The position numbers and the translations under genes were made by a program. Below the pieces are notes generated by a model. That model worked only from the letters and a program-made list of their open reading frames with translations, did not search any database and had not been told where the DNA came from. Shown piece by piece: positions 40,918 to 54,679 of a DNA stretch of 64,000 nucleotides (within the stretch, counting starts at the first letter, position 1; the number at the start of each line of letters is the position of its first letter). Source of the stretch: Balanoglossus misakiensis (taxonomy: Eukaryota; Animalia; Hemichordata); NCBI GenBank assembly GCA_040954595.2, contig CM082580.2, positions 10,518,390 to 10,582,389 on the forward strand, given 5' to 3'.

Positions 40918-41328
40918 ATGATCGACAAAACATATCCAGGCGGATTCACTGTTAGCGATCTGCAGCAGCTGTTGAGAGACAACATATCCAAGATCGACCA
41001 AGACACCAGACTGATGCTGCAGCACGCCATCACCCTTGTTGGCAAATCCAGCTGGTCCAGGTGGAACAACACCATGATCGAAATGCTCGACAAGTCGATG
41101 ACCCCCGTGGTTACCGTGAGATCTGGAAGTTGCGCCAACCACGTGTGTATCCACTTCGACGGCGGAGATAGACCAGCCGACTACTACAAGAGGAAGGGCT
41201 GGGGGTATTGGCTGTACGAGAGAGTGATCACCGCCTGGGATAAAATCGTCGACACTGCGATGCGAGGTGCAGTCGGGGCACTGACGGGCAAAGTTGTAAT
41301 TGCAGCAATAGATTATAAAAAGAAATAA
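40918..41328 (+). CDS. Uncharacterised 136-aa protein, single coding exon
   Basis: Acceptor TTTTTTCGCGCCAG|CCGCAAAATG just before the ATG. Coding-like GC3-rich codons. MIDKTYPGGFTVSDLQQLLRDN...GWGYWLYERVITAWDKIVDTAMRGAVGALTGKVVIAAIDYKKK. Confidence 0.75.
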   Translation: MIDKTYPGGFTVSDLQQLLRDNISKIDQDTRLMLQHAITLVGKSSWSRWNNTMIEMLDKSMTPVVTVRSGSCANHVCIHFDGGDRPADYYKRKGWGYWLYERVITAWDKIVDTAMRGAVGALTGKVVIAAIDYKKK

Positions 41329-41718
41329 TCATCGACCCTGTCCTGAGACCATTTAGTGTCGTATAGCATTTCCATCAAAATAAGTTTGTTTCTTATATCA
41401 CGCACTGCTACATACTTTACTTGCTCTAATTAACCGTTTCGAACATCTAACAGCTAAACTCGATCGTCTGTGACAAGGAAAAACCAATCCTGTAGATATT
41501 CTACACATGTTTTTGAACAATTTACACAATAGGACATTATATTCATGTTCAATGGAATCAATTTGATAATTGGGACCTTGTAGCGAAAAAACATGTGTTC
41601 TAGTATGTAAGAAAGCGAGTTAGTTGATTAATATGCTTTTGTAGAATGTCACTTTGTTTATTGACATAAATGTAGAAAATCGGCCACATTAACATCTGAA
41701 TTTCACTCATGAAACTCT

Positions 41719-44653
41719 TTACAGTGGGCAATTGGAATGAGATGTTCTAAAGATCTCTATTTCCATATCCGAATAAGAAATCAGATGGTTGCCGTAGGTG
41801 GGGTGGTACTCGTGGTAGGCCTTGGACTGGGCCAGCTGGAAGAAGTCGACGTAGTAGTACGGGCTCGACTTGTGGGAGCGCCCGCAGGTGTACTCGTCCA
41901 GGCTGCTGTCGAAGAGGTTGATGGCCACGCGCTTGTATTCGCCGTACTGTCTGGGCACGCGGTCCGGGTGGCTGAAGACGTTCTCGGTGGTGATCGCCTT
42001 CAGGTACATCTCGTCGCCGATCAGGTTCTTTTTGTACGTCGCGAAAGTTACCGTTTCTGCAAGAGATGATCATCATGAAGTTACGAGTTTTGCCCCCCCC
42101 CCCAAAAATCACGCCCTTAGATTTTTATCATGTACATGTACTGTTATGCAAACATGACCGTCCAGAGAAAACTGACACGGGTCAGCATGGTCTGAAACCG
42201 AAATCGAGGAGTTAAACTGAATACACACGATATCATGGTGGACCGTTGATAAAATTAGTTTCCACGAAAGTCCATCCACATCTTACAACTGTGTGACTTG
42301 TACACACGACTCGCCTTTTAATTAACAAATTATTATTCAACGTGTATGTTAATGTTGTACACACGCCACGCGTCATAACAGGTGTACGCACATTAACGCC
42401 TTTTAAAAGAAGAATACTATGCAAATGAGATATTGGATGCACGCAGCACATGTACTCACTTGTAGTGAAGTCATAATTGTCTTTGTCCGTCAAGTAGTGA
42501 CAGCCCACATTCTCGATGCTGAAAATGCTTGGGTTGGCGCCCACGACAGCGTTTTCAATGTCTGCAATGTAGACTCCGTGTTCTCCAAGTACCTGTTGTG
42601 CATAAAGATGATCAAGAAATAGCCGGTAACAGTTCCGACTGCGCTCGTGCATATGGGGTGAGTTGATGAGCTAAATACTTAACACCTCGCCATAAGTGTA
42701 GAAAATGGAAGAAATGAGAGTTTCAAGTGACCAACCACTTGACAGCTTTCGGGTATTAAGGCGGGTGGGTCATATAGAGGAATTGGTTTAGGTTCCCACG
42801 GGACGGGCCCGGGAGGTGTGCGACTTACGCTGCCATATTGGTTGTTTGTTCCGACGTTGTAAATCGCGAGTGCCGTGTTCTCGTCCATCCCGATGCCGAG
42901 CGTGGCTCCTCTCGATTGGTCTTTTGTATCCGCGAGAAGTCTTACCAGTCGCCCTTCCCTGCCGCGTTCACTGAAACGAGACCATGTGTGTGTTGAGTTT
43001 TTTTAAACAAAAAAGAAAACAGTGTTCATGCTAGTATAGAGCTAACAAAGAGAAGTTGGCGGCCATTTTGAATTTTCATTTTTTTTTTCAAATCAACAAT
43101 GTACCTGAAGTGAGTATCTAGCACGACGTTGTCAATCAAGCCAAGCCCGCCGTATTCGTCGTATATCAGGCCGTCGATCGGATCGTCCGGGTGTATCTTA
43201 CACGCGCAGGCTCCGTGAACCAGACCTGACCAACTGAGGCCGCCGGTTACCATGACAGATGAACTTTGACACACCGTCCCGGCACTGGTTCCTCCCACAA
43301 CCGCGCCGGCCGCGTATTCCTCCTTCAGCGCCACTAATGCAGGGGACTCAACGCGACCACTGAGGAACCAGCTGTATATCAGCAGAGGGCACAGAATAAA
43401 AGGTAACAGAATATTAATAAGGGACATGGCGAATACACAGTGTGTATTTTATCAACTGAGGTAATGCCTGAGACAAGGTGACCCAGAAAATAGAAAATGT
43501 GGGACTCGGAAAAAGAAAAATCTTTAAAATAACAACATTTGCAACTCATCACAGTGACAATAATGGTTTTATTCCTTTAGTGGCTGTCAGACAGCAAAAA
43601 ACTAAATTATTATTTCAGTGAGTATTCTTTACCTCTCTACAACACGTGACTGATCACCGCCACCAAAGAAGAAACCTGTCTGTTGGTGAATATTATTCAC
43701 CACATCCGGGTCACTGTTGTTCTCTTTACTGCAGGCGAAGAATAATTATGCGAAGTTGAGTTTACTCAGCTAGTTATATAGCGAAAGGTCTCCACGCGTT
43801 CGAGAAGAATAATTCAGTATAATATATTTCACTACAGTATTCCACGAGAAAATGAAATCCCTAGACCAAATGTTAAGGGTTAGGAACAGCACGATATGAT
43901 TGCGGGTACGTGCATGTGGTTGTGCAATTCGTCAGCTTCGCACACTGACAACATGGCGGACATAACGGAAGAGACTCACGTGTCAACAGTAATGGGTATC
44001 CAATAGGCGCTGGCGGCGCCGTACACGTTCACAAACATGTTTTCATAGTACAACCAACTGTCCCATGGGTCAGACGACGCTGTCGTGGCAACGCCGATCT
44101 TGGCGACACCTACGCCGCCCTGATGTTAGGAGGAAATATTGGAAGTCGGGAGACTTTGTTAATAAATGAGACGGATTTAGTGGGAAGGATAAACTGACTG
44201 CTGTAACTCTTGCGTCTCAGTTCACAAAATAGGGTCTTTTGAACGTGTCAAGATATAAATCTGGGGCTATTTTACCGCATTTGTATTTGTCGAATGCTCC
44301 ATGCCCTAAATCGTAAGCGCACAGGGTAGGGTATAGGGTAGGGTAGGGTAGGATGGAGGGTGAGGCAGATGGTTGCCTGTTTTGATCTCGAGAGAGAAAA
44401 ATTCCGTAAGATGGTTACACGTAGTCCATTCAATTCTGTATGTCGATAACATTAATATATAGCTGCGCCCCATTTGCAGTTTGTCTCGTGTCCCACGCAC
44501 GAACAGCAGTCCACTTACCGCAAGGTTGATGACTTCGTTCCAGATGGCGGCATTGTTGTCTTCGAGGCCACCGCCGACCAAGACCAGGTTTTTGGCGGCG
44601 CCAGCAAACGCTGCCGCCAGGCAAACGAATGCCAAAGTCAATGTGACTCTCAT
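41719..44653 (-). CDS. Secreted cyanophycinase-like serine peptidase (family S51, CphB/CphE-like), ~416 aa, 7 exons
   Basis: complement join(44653-44519,44119-43980,43728-43633,43371-43105,42970-42829,42592-42460,42056-41719), 1251 nt, phases consistent. Signal peptide, LVLVGGG, KIGVATTAS, GFFFGGGDQ, nucleophile GTSAG, DTHFSERGREGRL and GIGMDENTA. Confidence 0.92.
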
Positions 44654-47433
44654 GGTTCCAAAGCCTATAGCGGAGTCCGACACAGCTTATCCGAACTCAC
44701 TGCCAAAAGACCCCGTTTAATAACTAATGTTTGATGGGAAAATATTGCAGACAAGCCAGGTGAATACAGTGGTTGCGTGCATACGAAGCATTGTGACAAA
44801 ATTCTTGTGTGCGCAGAGATAAGATATTCCAATATTCAACGTTTTTAGCAATAAAGAATAGAGCTGGATCAGATAGACTTAGGCTAACGGTTCGAAGTTG
44901 TAAACGAGATCGCAAAAGCAATACATGTATTCGTATATTTGATATACCGAGGTGAAAATTATGCATTTGCGAATTCCCTCTACATGATGTCATCTTCTTG
45001 TTTAGACCCTCCCCTGAAATGACTTTGAAGGCCAATGAATGCGTTTTTAAGCCGTTCGCGTTGGATGTACGCTCCCCCAGGACTATAATGTTGAAACGTG
45101 ATTGCCTGTGTTTGCATGGGAACTACGCGCATGGTTGTATAGATATGGCCGCCGTGTGTGGAAAACAATGTTTACAACGTTATCACTGTTCTGTACTCAT
45201 ACGAACTTTGTTTTAGATGCGTGTCGCTCTTGGGTGACAGGTATAGGCAATTTCCTGAGTAAACGGGTCCATCGGCGCCAGATAACCAAGAAGTGCGCCA
45301 CCAAATCACCTATAGCCTTCAGAAAATTAGTTAAGTTACAAATCTCGATAGGCTTTGCTCGCTGTCTGCATCACTAACCTACATACATTTCTCTTTCTGT
45401 TGTCACTTTTAATTTTTACTTTATTGTAAAGCGCATCGAGATAACTTATTATGCAATGCTCTACATAAGAAAGAAAGATTATGATTATGATAATATTAAC
45501 TCGCTCAATGCAGCCTCGATGTACACAATAACATGGGTACATGACGAAAGTTGGCGGGTTTTCTTTTTCGCTGCATCTTCTGTATGTATTCTCCGTCTTT
45601 AATTAGTCCGTTGAACCCGAGTCGGCAGAGAATTCAGTTTTCCATCAATTCTAGAGTCAGGACATTTGATGATGATGTTTGTTTAACATTTGTGATTCGG
45701 GATGTGAGTGGTATCATTTTCAGGGTGCGCCAACCCTCAGCCGTTATAAAACACCATCTTCTTCGATTCAGCATAGAAAGACAATCATCTTTGAACCAAG
45801 AACACAAGTATTCCATTACACCAGGGTAACGTGATCTGACCGGATGTTTCGTCTTTCACCATCTAGCAACTACGGTCATGTCTTGCGCCAAATTGTCATA
45901 AAGATCTACAGCTAATAAATTATTCGATATTTTTATTTCATTTGAATGATATTGACAGCCGGGCAGAGGAGATCGAAACTTTGTGATATTTCAGTCAGTG
46001 ATATTTCAAAGGGAAACAATACACTTTACAGCAACATGCATTCGTCCAAAATTTAGAAATAATAACCAAATAAAATAATTTATTTTTGTTAGAGTAGGTC
46101 TTTATTAAAATTAGATTAAAATCCGTTACGGGATATCTAGTTAGCTTCGGAACGTTTACGGATGGAAAAGCACTAAACAACAAGAACGCAAGTAGTTCAG
46201 ATATGCCCGCGGATTACCCTTGCGAGTGAGGGGGCTGGGGCTCATCGTTGAAGTGAGGGCGCAACCCCCTCCCCCCCCGCGTTGAGTGACAATGCGTATA
46301 CACTGGCACGTGAATCAACGCCTGCACCGAGCACTGATTCCCGACGCTGTTCAAATTCTATTGATCATTCATTTGATCGCTTTTCATGTCACATTCAACT
46401 GATGGCTATCAGGTCGGCTGAGATGACGAGCTTCCGGTAATAAGGCGATATACAGCCCGTCGTGAAATTAACCCACACACGCACAGTTCTATATTGAAGT
46501 CCTATCAGGATTTTCTCCCTTTTCATATCAATTCTTCGTGCTCGCCTCCGGCCATAGAATCGATTTAAACGCCACTTTATGGAACTTCCTTCGTTCCATT
46601 AAAGTTGTGACACAAATAGGGGGAACCACGTACATGTAGTCGCTGTATTATTTCCTTTGACATTCATCGGCGACCTTGGTGTAAACTCATAGAGTTCGGC
46701 TGACCTGTATCTCACGCTGAGCGCATCGCCCTCCTCCGGGGTGTTAAGCAGCTGCTGATCCGATCGGTCGTGGGGAGAGTGGGGCAATGTTGCCCGTTAA
46801 CTTATCCACGGAATCTATAGAGATAGTCTCGTGGAACAGGGCTCACAAAACGACAGGGCAGCATTTCTCAATCTATTCTGTAGTGACCTAGGTAAATCTA
46901 CGGCATCGTCACTGTTGCGCCTTTCCACCAACCTTGATTGTGTCCCTAGCATGTGTTAAACCGACCGCGACAAAATTCAACCCTCGGGACGTCAGTCAAT
47001 TATCTCCCTGTAAAATATTCATGAAGTATCCTTAAACTAAGATAAAACCTATCACGGAGCAGTCGGAATTGTCAAGAGGGCTATCCTTCATTTACCCGTT
47101 ATTTTTGATTTAAGAGATTGTGAGAAACCGAGCTAGCTGATGGCCGCCAAGGGAACTCTTCGATTATTGGGTGTAGTAAGGGACACACGAAAACGACCTG
47201 CGAAACCCCGTTCTTAAATATTTCATACTTATAACGAATATGGACATTTTTCACCTCGTCTTGTCGATAAATAAATCAGTCAAATTCTACTAGGCAAGCT
47301 CACTTCAGAGATTTATTGTTTAAGAGTCATTAAGAGCAGCTAAAAATATTGCAAAACAGCGCATGTACAGACACACAATCCAAAATTGCCGTTCCTTGAA
47401 AGACATAGACGTTTGCAACAGATGTTTTACGCT

Positions 47434-47477
47434 CATTGCGAGATCTCGCGAGACTTGGTTAATTAACGGGTTGCTAG
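47434..47477 (+). repeat. Short dispersed repeat, second copy at 17525-17576
   Basis: CATTGCGAGATCTCGCGAGACTTGGTTAATTAACGGGTTGCTAG versus CATTGCGAGATCTCGTCAGACTTGCTTAATTACCGTAGCAACGGGTTGCTAG. Confidence 0.7.
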
Positions 47478-50159
47478 CCAAAGATCAGAAAGCATTTGAC
47501 TTTAAGATACATTTCTCTCAGCATAGAGCCCATATAAACATATCCCATCGAAAGCCCATCGTTTTGGTATTCAGTCAACGTTATTGAGAAATGACATATC
47601 AAGATTGGTTTTATATTGGAGTGTAATGTCCAAGTACGTACTTGTAAAATCCCGCAACCGCGGGCTTAACTCGAATTGGAGAACACGGTCGTCACTTCAA
47701 GCGAGCATGAAGGGAATCCCCACGGAACAATCATTGAAATGCTCACGGCCCAATATATTTCCTATTTATGATAGAAATCTGAGTCATAAATACAGCAATA
47801 TCGACAGCCTTCTCGACACTTTTTTTTCATTAAGGGCAACTCAGATCTCGGGACGAGGGTTATAAATAAGATCAAATGGCCTCTACCCCAAGCTGGTAAT
47901 TAATTCCGTCGTCATAAACCCAAGCGACAACATATTAGAGGGTCTCATTTTGCCGGCGTTTCTTTCTAATTTGTAAAGAAGATCTCTGGCCACTCCTGAA
48001 TTGGCCTTTAATTGTCTGTTAGCTTTTGTAATCTTTCTTAATGTATCATTTCAAGCAATTAGTCCTCACTTTGAGACTAACGATTATGGCTTTTGTCATT
48101 CACGCCATGTCTTCTGACGTCCATGTAATTAAAATAGTAGTCTTTCTGGAACTGATAACGTTTAGATAGACCATCGACGGCGTATACTATTTATAGTGAG
48201 CACACAATAACCAGTCCCGACTGAGTCATGAGTAATTCATTGGAGCTAATTAAACCATGCGTAATTATCAATTACATTTAATTATTTTTGAAACATCGCG
48301 GGAGGGGTCGACGACCAGGCCCATTGATTACTGCTCAACATTAACATTTTAATGAACAATTTTCATTTGTGAGCCCTTTGTGTTCAGTTAAAACTTGTCA
48401 TCCCTTTGAAAATCCAGTGACCTTTACATGTACATGTACTTCTGAAGTCTGTAAGTAGCAGTTAGCCATACCACCGCAAGGAAAAAGTTTTGTTTGGCAT
48501 TGTCATTTTGACGTGTCGCTTCCCTCTACTCTAAAACGACGGAAAAAAGAACTCCGTTTCGTGGTTGGACAATTATTTTCCCATTATAAAAAGCCATTAT
48601 AATTTTATTACAAACGTGTTTCCGTCCCCCAAGCGCCAGAACAATAAACCCTATACTATTTTGCCAATAATCGTTTTGCAAATCCGAAACGTCTCTTTAT
48701 GACTTTGCTATGAATATTATTTATCAGTTAATATCGACAGCTATAGCGCCGTGTAATCGAACGGGATAACAATCCTATTGCCTATTGTGAGAGTAGACAG
48801 CAAAATCCACGCATAATTTATTGTAAGTACTTCTTTCGTTTTGCTCATCTTCCCGATGAAATGACGACGACATTAAAATTTGAAATAGGTCATTAGCTTG
48901 ACTCAAGCAGAGGTGCTAAATACGACTTTCCTGTCGTCATGATGCCAAGAGCATTAGAGATATATGAGCGGGCTATCAGAACGCTAAGTATGTCAAGGAC
49001 ATGAACTGAAATATTCATAATTGTTACCGTTGATGTCGAGGAGAATGATGTACTAATGTTCGAGTATTTAAAGTCAATTTTCTGCCACAAGGCGCTCACA
49101 TTCTGGTCATGTGGTTTGAAAGAACATAAGGTTTCTGTCTGTCTACATAACCGGACGAACAGTAGTATGCAAATACGTATATTGAATGGCTAACCTGACC
49201 GAAAACGAGTTAAATTTTTATCTTTTGTGGTTTATGTCGCCAAGAGATGACAGACTGTCTGATGCAAATAAAGTAAATATAGTTTAATGGAGACGATTTT
49301 AAGGGAGAGGGAGAAGATATTTGTCATGCAATAAAACACGGGATCATCTTCCCTCAGTGCCGATTTTCGCCGATATTCATATATTTCAAGAATGGGACAT
49401 TTTACCATGGGTATTGTACGCCCCGCTCTGGATAGGATAAATATAATCGTATCTTGCAGGCCATGGGTTAATTGATGAGTTCACTGATATACCTACTAAT
49501 GGGGTTTGAGGATCGAATATATTCTCCATACCCTGCGTGAAAAGTCAGTGATTTGGCTTTTGATATGGCATACTATACCCAGGGGTAACTAAAGGTCACA
49601 CCTAATCGGTGATTACATTTTTGACTAAGTAGAAACTGTCGGCTAATTTGAGTATAATGCCCCAAGATGAGAATTCCACCCGTATTCATACAATATGATT
49701 TTCTGAATGCCTAATTGAAGCCTGAAGCGTCGTACTGATAATCAGTATAATAAAGAGTGATTTCACAATTTTACTACATTGAAATGCAAAATCAATTGAT
49801 TTCTGCAACTCATTTCTAAACGTTGTAGTCGGTGGTATAAAAATTCCTCTCTGCAACGCAATATTCCTTCAATATCAACCCTAACCAATTAACGTCGTTT
49901 AAGATTTGAGAATTGCCAGCTGTTTTATCAATTGTCATTGAGAGACCTTGGCCTCAATCATGGCCAACAAACTTTTAGGCGTAGCTCAAAACATATTTTA
50001 TTGCATCGGTATTACCAAATCTAGAGGGATTTTCTTACAATATCGGGTTATTCTTACCATGTTAAAATACCAATGAAATGCCATGTCGGATATTTTTGAA
50101 AAACGTCCAGCTGATTGAAACAACTTGCTCTTTGCATGCTTAATGTCAAATGCACATTT

Positions 50160-50445
50160 AAAATACATCTAATAGCCTTTTATAAACTTGATACAGCCCA
50201 GAGGATGTAAAAAAACGTTGCCTTTTGGCTAACACGTTTCGAAATGTGTGTCTTCGCATGAACAGCATACTCTTGCATAACGAATAAACTGGGAAATGTA
50301 TACTCCATAGCCTGATGAGAGTAGGGTGTGAGAAAATTGATGATAGTACACTTGAAGCCATCTCCAGGAAGAATTGCAAGGGCAAACAATCCAACGTTGC
50401 GAAAAAAAGACGCCATGATTGACTGGTTTAATTTCCATCATCAAT
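50160..50445 (-). mobile_element. Degenerate Penelope-like retroelement fragment (region C-terminal to the RT core)
   Basis: Translation gives FKCTIINF / (frameshift) / SSGYGVYISQFIRYARVC. This matches the recalled NFP...SSPAYGVYISQLIRYARACS motif of Penelope-like ORFs. The fragment is frameshifted. Confidence 0.7.
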
Positions 50446-50805
50446 CGCAGAATAACATATTCGTTATTTTTATCAACGAGAGATATAATACTCGTGTAAT
50501 CATATAATATATAGGGCCTATGTGTATGGATGTTGAAAATTTCAGACGAAATAGGCTGTTAAGCTGGTGGCAACCCACTACGACTGAGGAAAGCCAATAC
50601 AGATATCTGCCCTTGATACATCACTGTACTCCGATCATATGGCGTTGCATGTCAAGGTGTGTCCTTTTGGGTGGCTCGTCGTATAGCTGGAAAGAGCGTA
50701 CTGTCCTCCACAACCATGAATGAGAAGTATAGAGGCAGTTAGGAAGAATGGGACACTGAAGGAACGAGAAGCATTGAACTAAACTAGGTCCGGTCCTTTA
50801 GAATT

Positions 50806-50985
<180 letters not shown>

Positions 50986-52177
50986 GGCAATTTAGAAAAC
51001 GATTCGGAGAGAAGCCATTCCCTCTTATGAGTTCTGCCATCATTAATCCGTATATTGCAGGTTTAAAAATATATTTATGTTACCCTGATTATATTTCTTT
51101 CTGTCAACAGCATACTGTACGTTTCCTGAAGCAAATTGAGGAAAATATCATGAAATCAATTTCCTTGATGATGATAATGTCTTTACTTACGTACCACCTT
51201 TGAAGAAATCACCTGCTGGTGGTGTGTGGCAGTTTCTGTTTATAGAAAGTGGATTTCGGATAACGTTGTCAGATTTAAATATGATATAGAAAATTGCGGG
51301 TTGTTTGAGCTCGAGAGATCACTGATCTCATCAGATAATAATTGTGTTATTTAGACCTTTTGTTGTTTTCTTCCGCCCTGTATCATCTGACCCCGATTTA
51401 GAAAAGACGACTACTGTTTAATTCATTTACGACAATTTCGTAGTTTTGTCTGGTGACATTTATGCAAGAGCGCCAGGGTACACTCTGGATAACCCAACTG
51501 CACTTGATACCATTACTGGAAAATGTTGGTTGTGTGTTCTGCAGTCTGCGCGTCAGTCAAAGGGCCAAAGGTCATACCCGTTTTGCATGAAAAAGTTGCA
51601 TTTCTTTATCCTTACCCCCCAAAAAACTAGTTGAATTGCTCGGACCGATCCAAACCGACTCTTTTACGTCATATTTCGTATTCCATGAAGAAAGTGTTTG
51701 TGAACGTACGTTATAACGGAATGTGTCTGGCGCAATCGACAAAAATGAAACCGGTGTCAAATTTACAACGTTTTAATCACTTCCGTTTGTTAAAAAAGTC
51801 TTCGTTCAAACATTCAAAGTATCAATATAACTTGATTTATCAAGATATATCTAAAATATATCTGTATTGTAAAAACGCCAACAGGATTGTGCATAAAAAG
51901 GGTATAAATAGTATAGTTTGCAGATGAAACAAAACAGAATAGAACAGAACAGAACAGAAAAACAAAAAATCATTATGCACGAAATATATGCATTTTTAAT
52001 ATACATGTAGATAGCAATAAGCTGTTTGAAAAGTAATACTCAGTTCATTTTGAAATGATCAAACTTGACGCTGTCGGCTGTTTAAAAACAAATATTCAGT
52101 TCAACTTAAAATGATCAAACGTGGGATGCGATTCTTTGCAAGCGATATGAATGCTTTGTTGACGACGTCACTTTGAA

Positions 52178-54626
52178 TTACAAGTACAGTGACAACAGCT
52201 TTTCTATGAATTCGACGTTTCCCGCGAGCCGTGCATTGTTTCTCGGAGGCTGTGACGCGTCCGCGCGCGAGAAGTCGCCAAGGGCGGCCGGGTCAACGTC
52301 GTCCCATTGATTCCAGCTGGAGGAGGTGTGACTGTTACTGGCGTCGAGGTCGAGGTCCAGAGGCGGGTCCCGAGGCGAGGCCCGTCGCGACATGCGGAGT
52401 CGCAGGCACATGCCGTAAACACAGGCCGTTGTGCAACACCGGCAGGGTCCTCTACAGGTCAGGCTCCTGTCCGACCTCTCCGGGACGGCCAATCTTGCGC
52501 CGCCGCCGCTGCGTTTGATTCCGTCGGCTAGTTCAGATGTCACACCCTCTAGGTCTCCAAAGGGGTACAGTGTCATCGGGTAGGCTGTGGCGTAACAAGC
52601 CACGGTTAACAGCAGCACTACGCTGAGCGACCATTGATATAGGGACATCTGAAAGCAAACAAACAAGTGGTTTGATGACATGATACATTGGAAAATATAG
52701 CTGCAACTAGCCTGAAAATCCAACTGACCCAATTTGAGTATGATTTTTCCAAGACGGAAACGATTCTAACAATTTCCACCATTACTGTGAAAAAGCCTTG
52801 CCCCGTACAAGATGACCTCAGTAATTAAAAAACAAATTTGCTGTTCTGAGAATTTCTTGTAGTTTTACGGCTTTTCCTATTAATGTAATGCACGCCGCTG
52901 ACAAAATATGGAGGGCCGCGCAGCCTTAGAGATTAGGAAACCCCCGCTGTACAGTTGATAAATTAAGTAGTTGAGGTTGCGCTGCGACCTCACAAATGGT
53001 TTCTTATCGACCAGACTAATTTGTAGAAAAGAATACTAGTAGTACGGGGACATTTCTATATGTTATGAGTATACGTATTGCTGGCGCCTGGCGCCTGTTG
53101 TCACTAACTGGGCGTGGTCTTTCTCCCGATTTAACTTTTACTATACATGGCCACCACGGTGACGTTTGTCAGCGCAGACATGTTCAGAGTACGTTTCTTA
53201 ATCTTGTCGGTGGTGAGTTAAAAAGACCCAGCGGCGACCTGGATGTGCGCGCGAGGACAAGATAATCAAAATTGTTTCTCGCCTTCACGGGTACAATGTG
53301 CGCAGACGGTGTCTTCACCAAGCCCAATGGGCGCAGACGCCCCGGCAACCTCGCCGTCTACTTCAAAACATCGCGACTGCGCGGCATTCCATAAAGACAT
53401 GCACACCTGATAAATGTTCACGAGTATCACAAGTCATTGACATCGCTGAAATGGTGCCGTCATGTATGGCCCAGTCAGTGATATTTTCCAATATCGGCAC
53501 ATCATATCGTCTCATCTGAAAATACGTCCTGGCAATATAATTGGCTCGACGGCAACATGATTATCTGAGATTCGAATCTTTCCCAGTGACTGAGCTTCAG
53601 GAAGACTTTATACCGGTGCGCCACATTCTCGACACACGCACATATTTACACCGTGGATTCATGCATACAGTATACCCCCAGGCTCAACATGGGTACGGGT
53701 GTGATATGGAAGATTCAACCCTAAAGGCCATCACGATAGTGGTTAATAAAAAAATTGGCGTCGGCGATAAAGGTATCGCTTAAATTACAGGTGTTGCCTG
53801 CAAGGGATGTGGGCAGGTTAGGGTGTTTCCGGCTCAAACAGCGCGGACGAGGAAATAATCACGATCCGGTTTTATCGGCTCAAAATCCGACTCCAATAAT
53901 CGGACGTGAGCTGACGTTGTTGACAGAGAAGATGTAAATGCGTGAGCGGGTCAAAAGTTCACAATCGATGCCCAGAGCGAAAACCGCTAAGAAATCACGA
54001 TCCACGGTACCCACGAGATTCAGCAGGAAATACAAAATGGTTTCATGCTACCCCCTTTACCATTCGATACAGTAACACCCACGGAGAGTTTATAACACAT
54101 TGGGATGCACACATTCTAGTACAATTGTTGTCACGACCATCACCGCTCACCTACGAAAAGTTGGGCAATTTTAGCGACTTTTTACATCTTGATTACCTAG
54201 ACGGCTTTCGATTTTGTGTCCGAAACTGTTCACCCTTAAATTGAAGGGGGAAGGGGGAGTCCGTTTGGAAGTACATGTAGTCCATGCATTGTTTATGGCC
54301 ACGCTACGTGCAATGATAATCACGCAAATATCTGTCATCGCTTCCACAAGAACATCTAACAGAACACCTATATGCAAAGATTTTGCTTTTCGTATACATC
54401 AGGTGAATTGACCACTAGAAATGGCCGGACTGGAACGTGCCGTTGGTTTAGCCCTTGATCAATATGTCGTAAAAGAAATCCGGGGACGGATGAGATTATT
54501 GACAGTCAGTGGAACAGAGATTACATTGGAGGGGAAAGCCAAGACTCCGTGTACTCGCACTGCTTCAACGTTGAAAAAGAAAAGGCGCAAACTTACCATA
54601 CATACTGCGTTGCTCTGAACTGCCAT
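52178..54626 (-). CDS. Secreted prepropeptide releasing a six-cysteine peptide (neuropeptide/toxin/antimicrobial-like)
   Basis: Main exon 52648-52178 follows TTTCAG|ATG. A probable in-frame upstream exon is 54626-54597 (aacATGg; MAVQSNAVCM|GTAAGT). Signal WSLSVVLLLTVACYATA, acidic propeptide, KR and RSDR sites, SLTCRGPCRCCTTACVYGMCLRL, RMSRR, then an acidic C-terminal propeptide. Confidence 0.8.
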
Positions 54627-54679
54627 GTTCAGGGTTTCTGAGATGAGAGCGTTTTATTTTTTATGAATTAAAGGTCTGG

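Noticed and set aside
41719-44653. Bacterial contamination as the source of the cyanophycinase
   Set aside because: Six GT-AG introns and contiguity with animal genes exclude a bacterial contig.
48893-49110. Faint TIR-domain-like wording on the plus strand (VLNTTFLSS*CQE; IFIIVTVDV...LTFW)
   Set aside because: Needs a stop read-through and a frameshift; similarity is too weak to support without a profile search.
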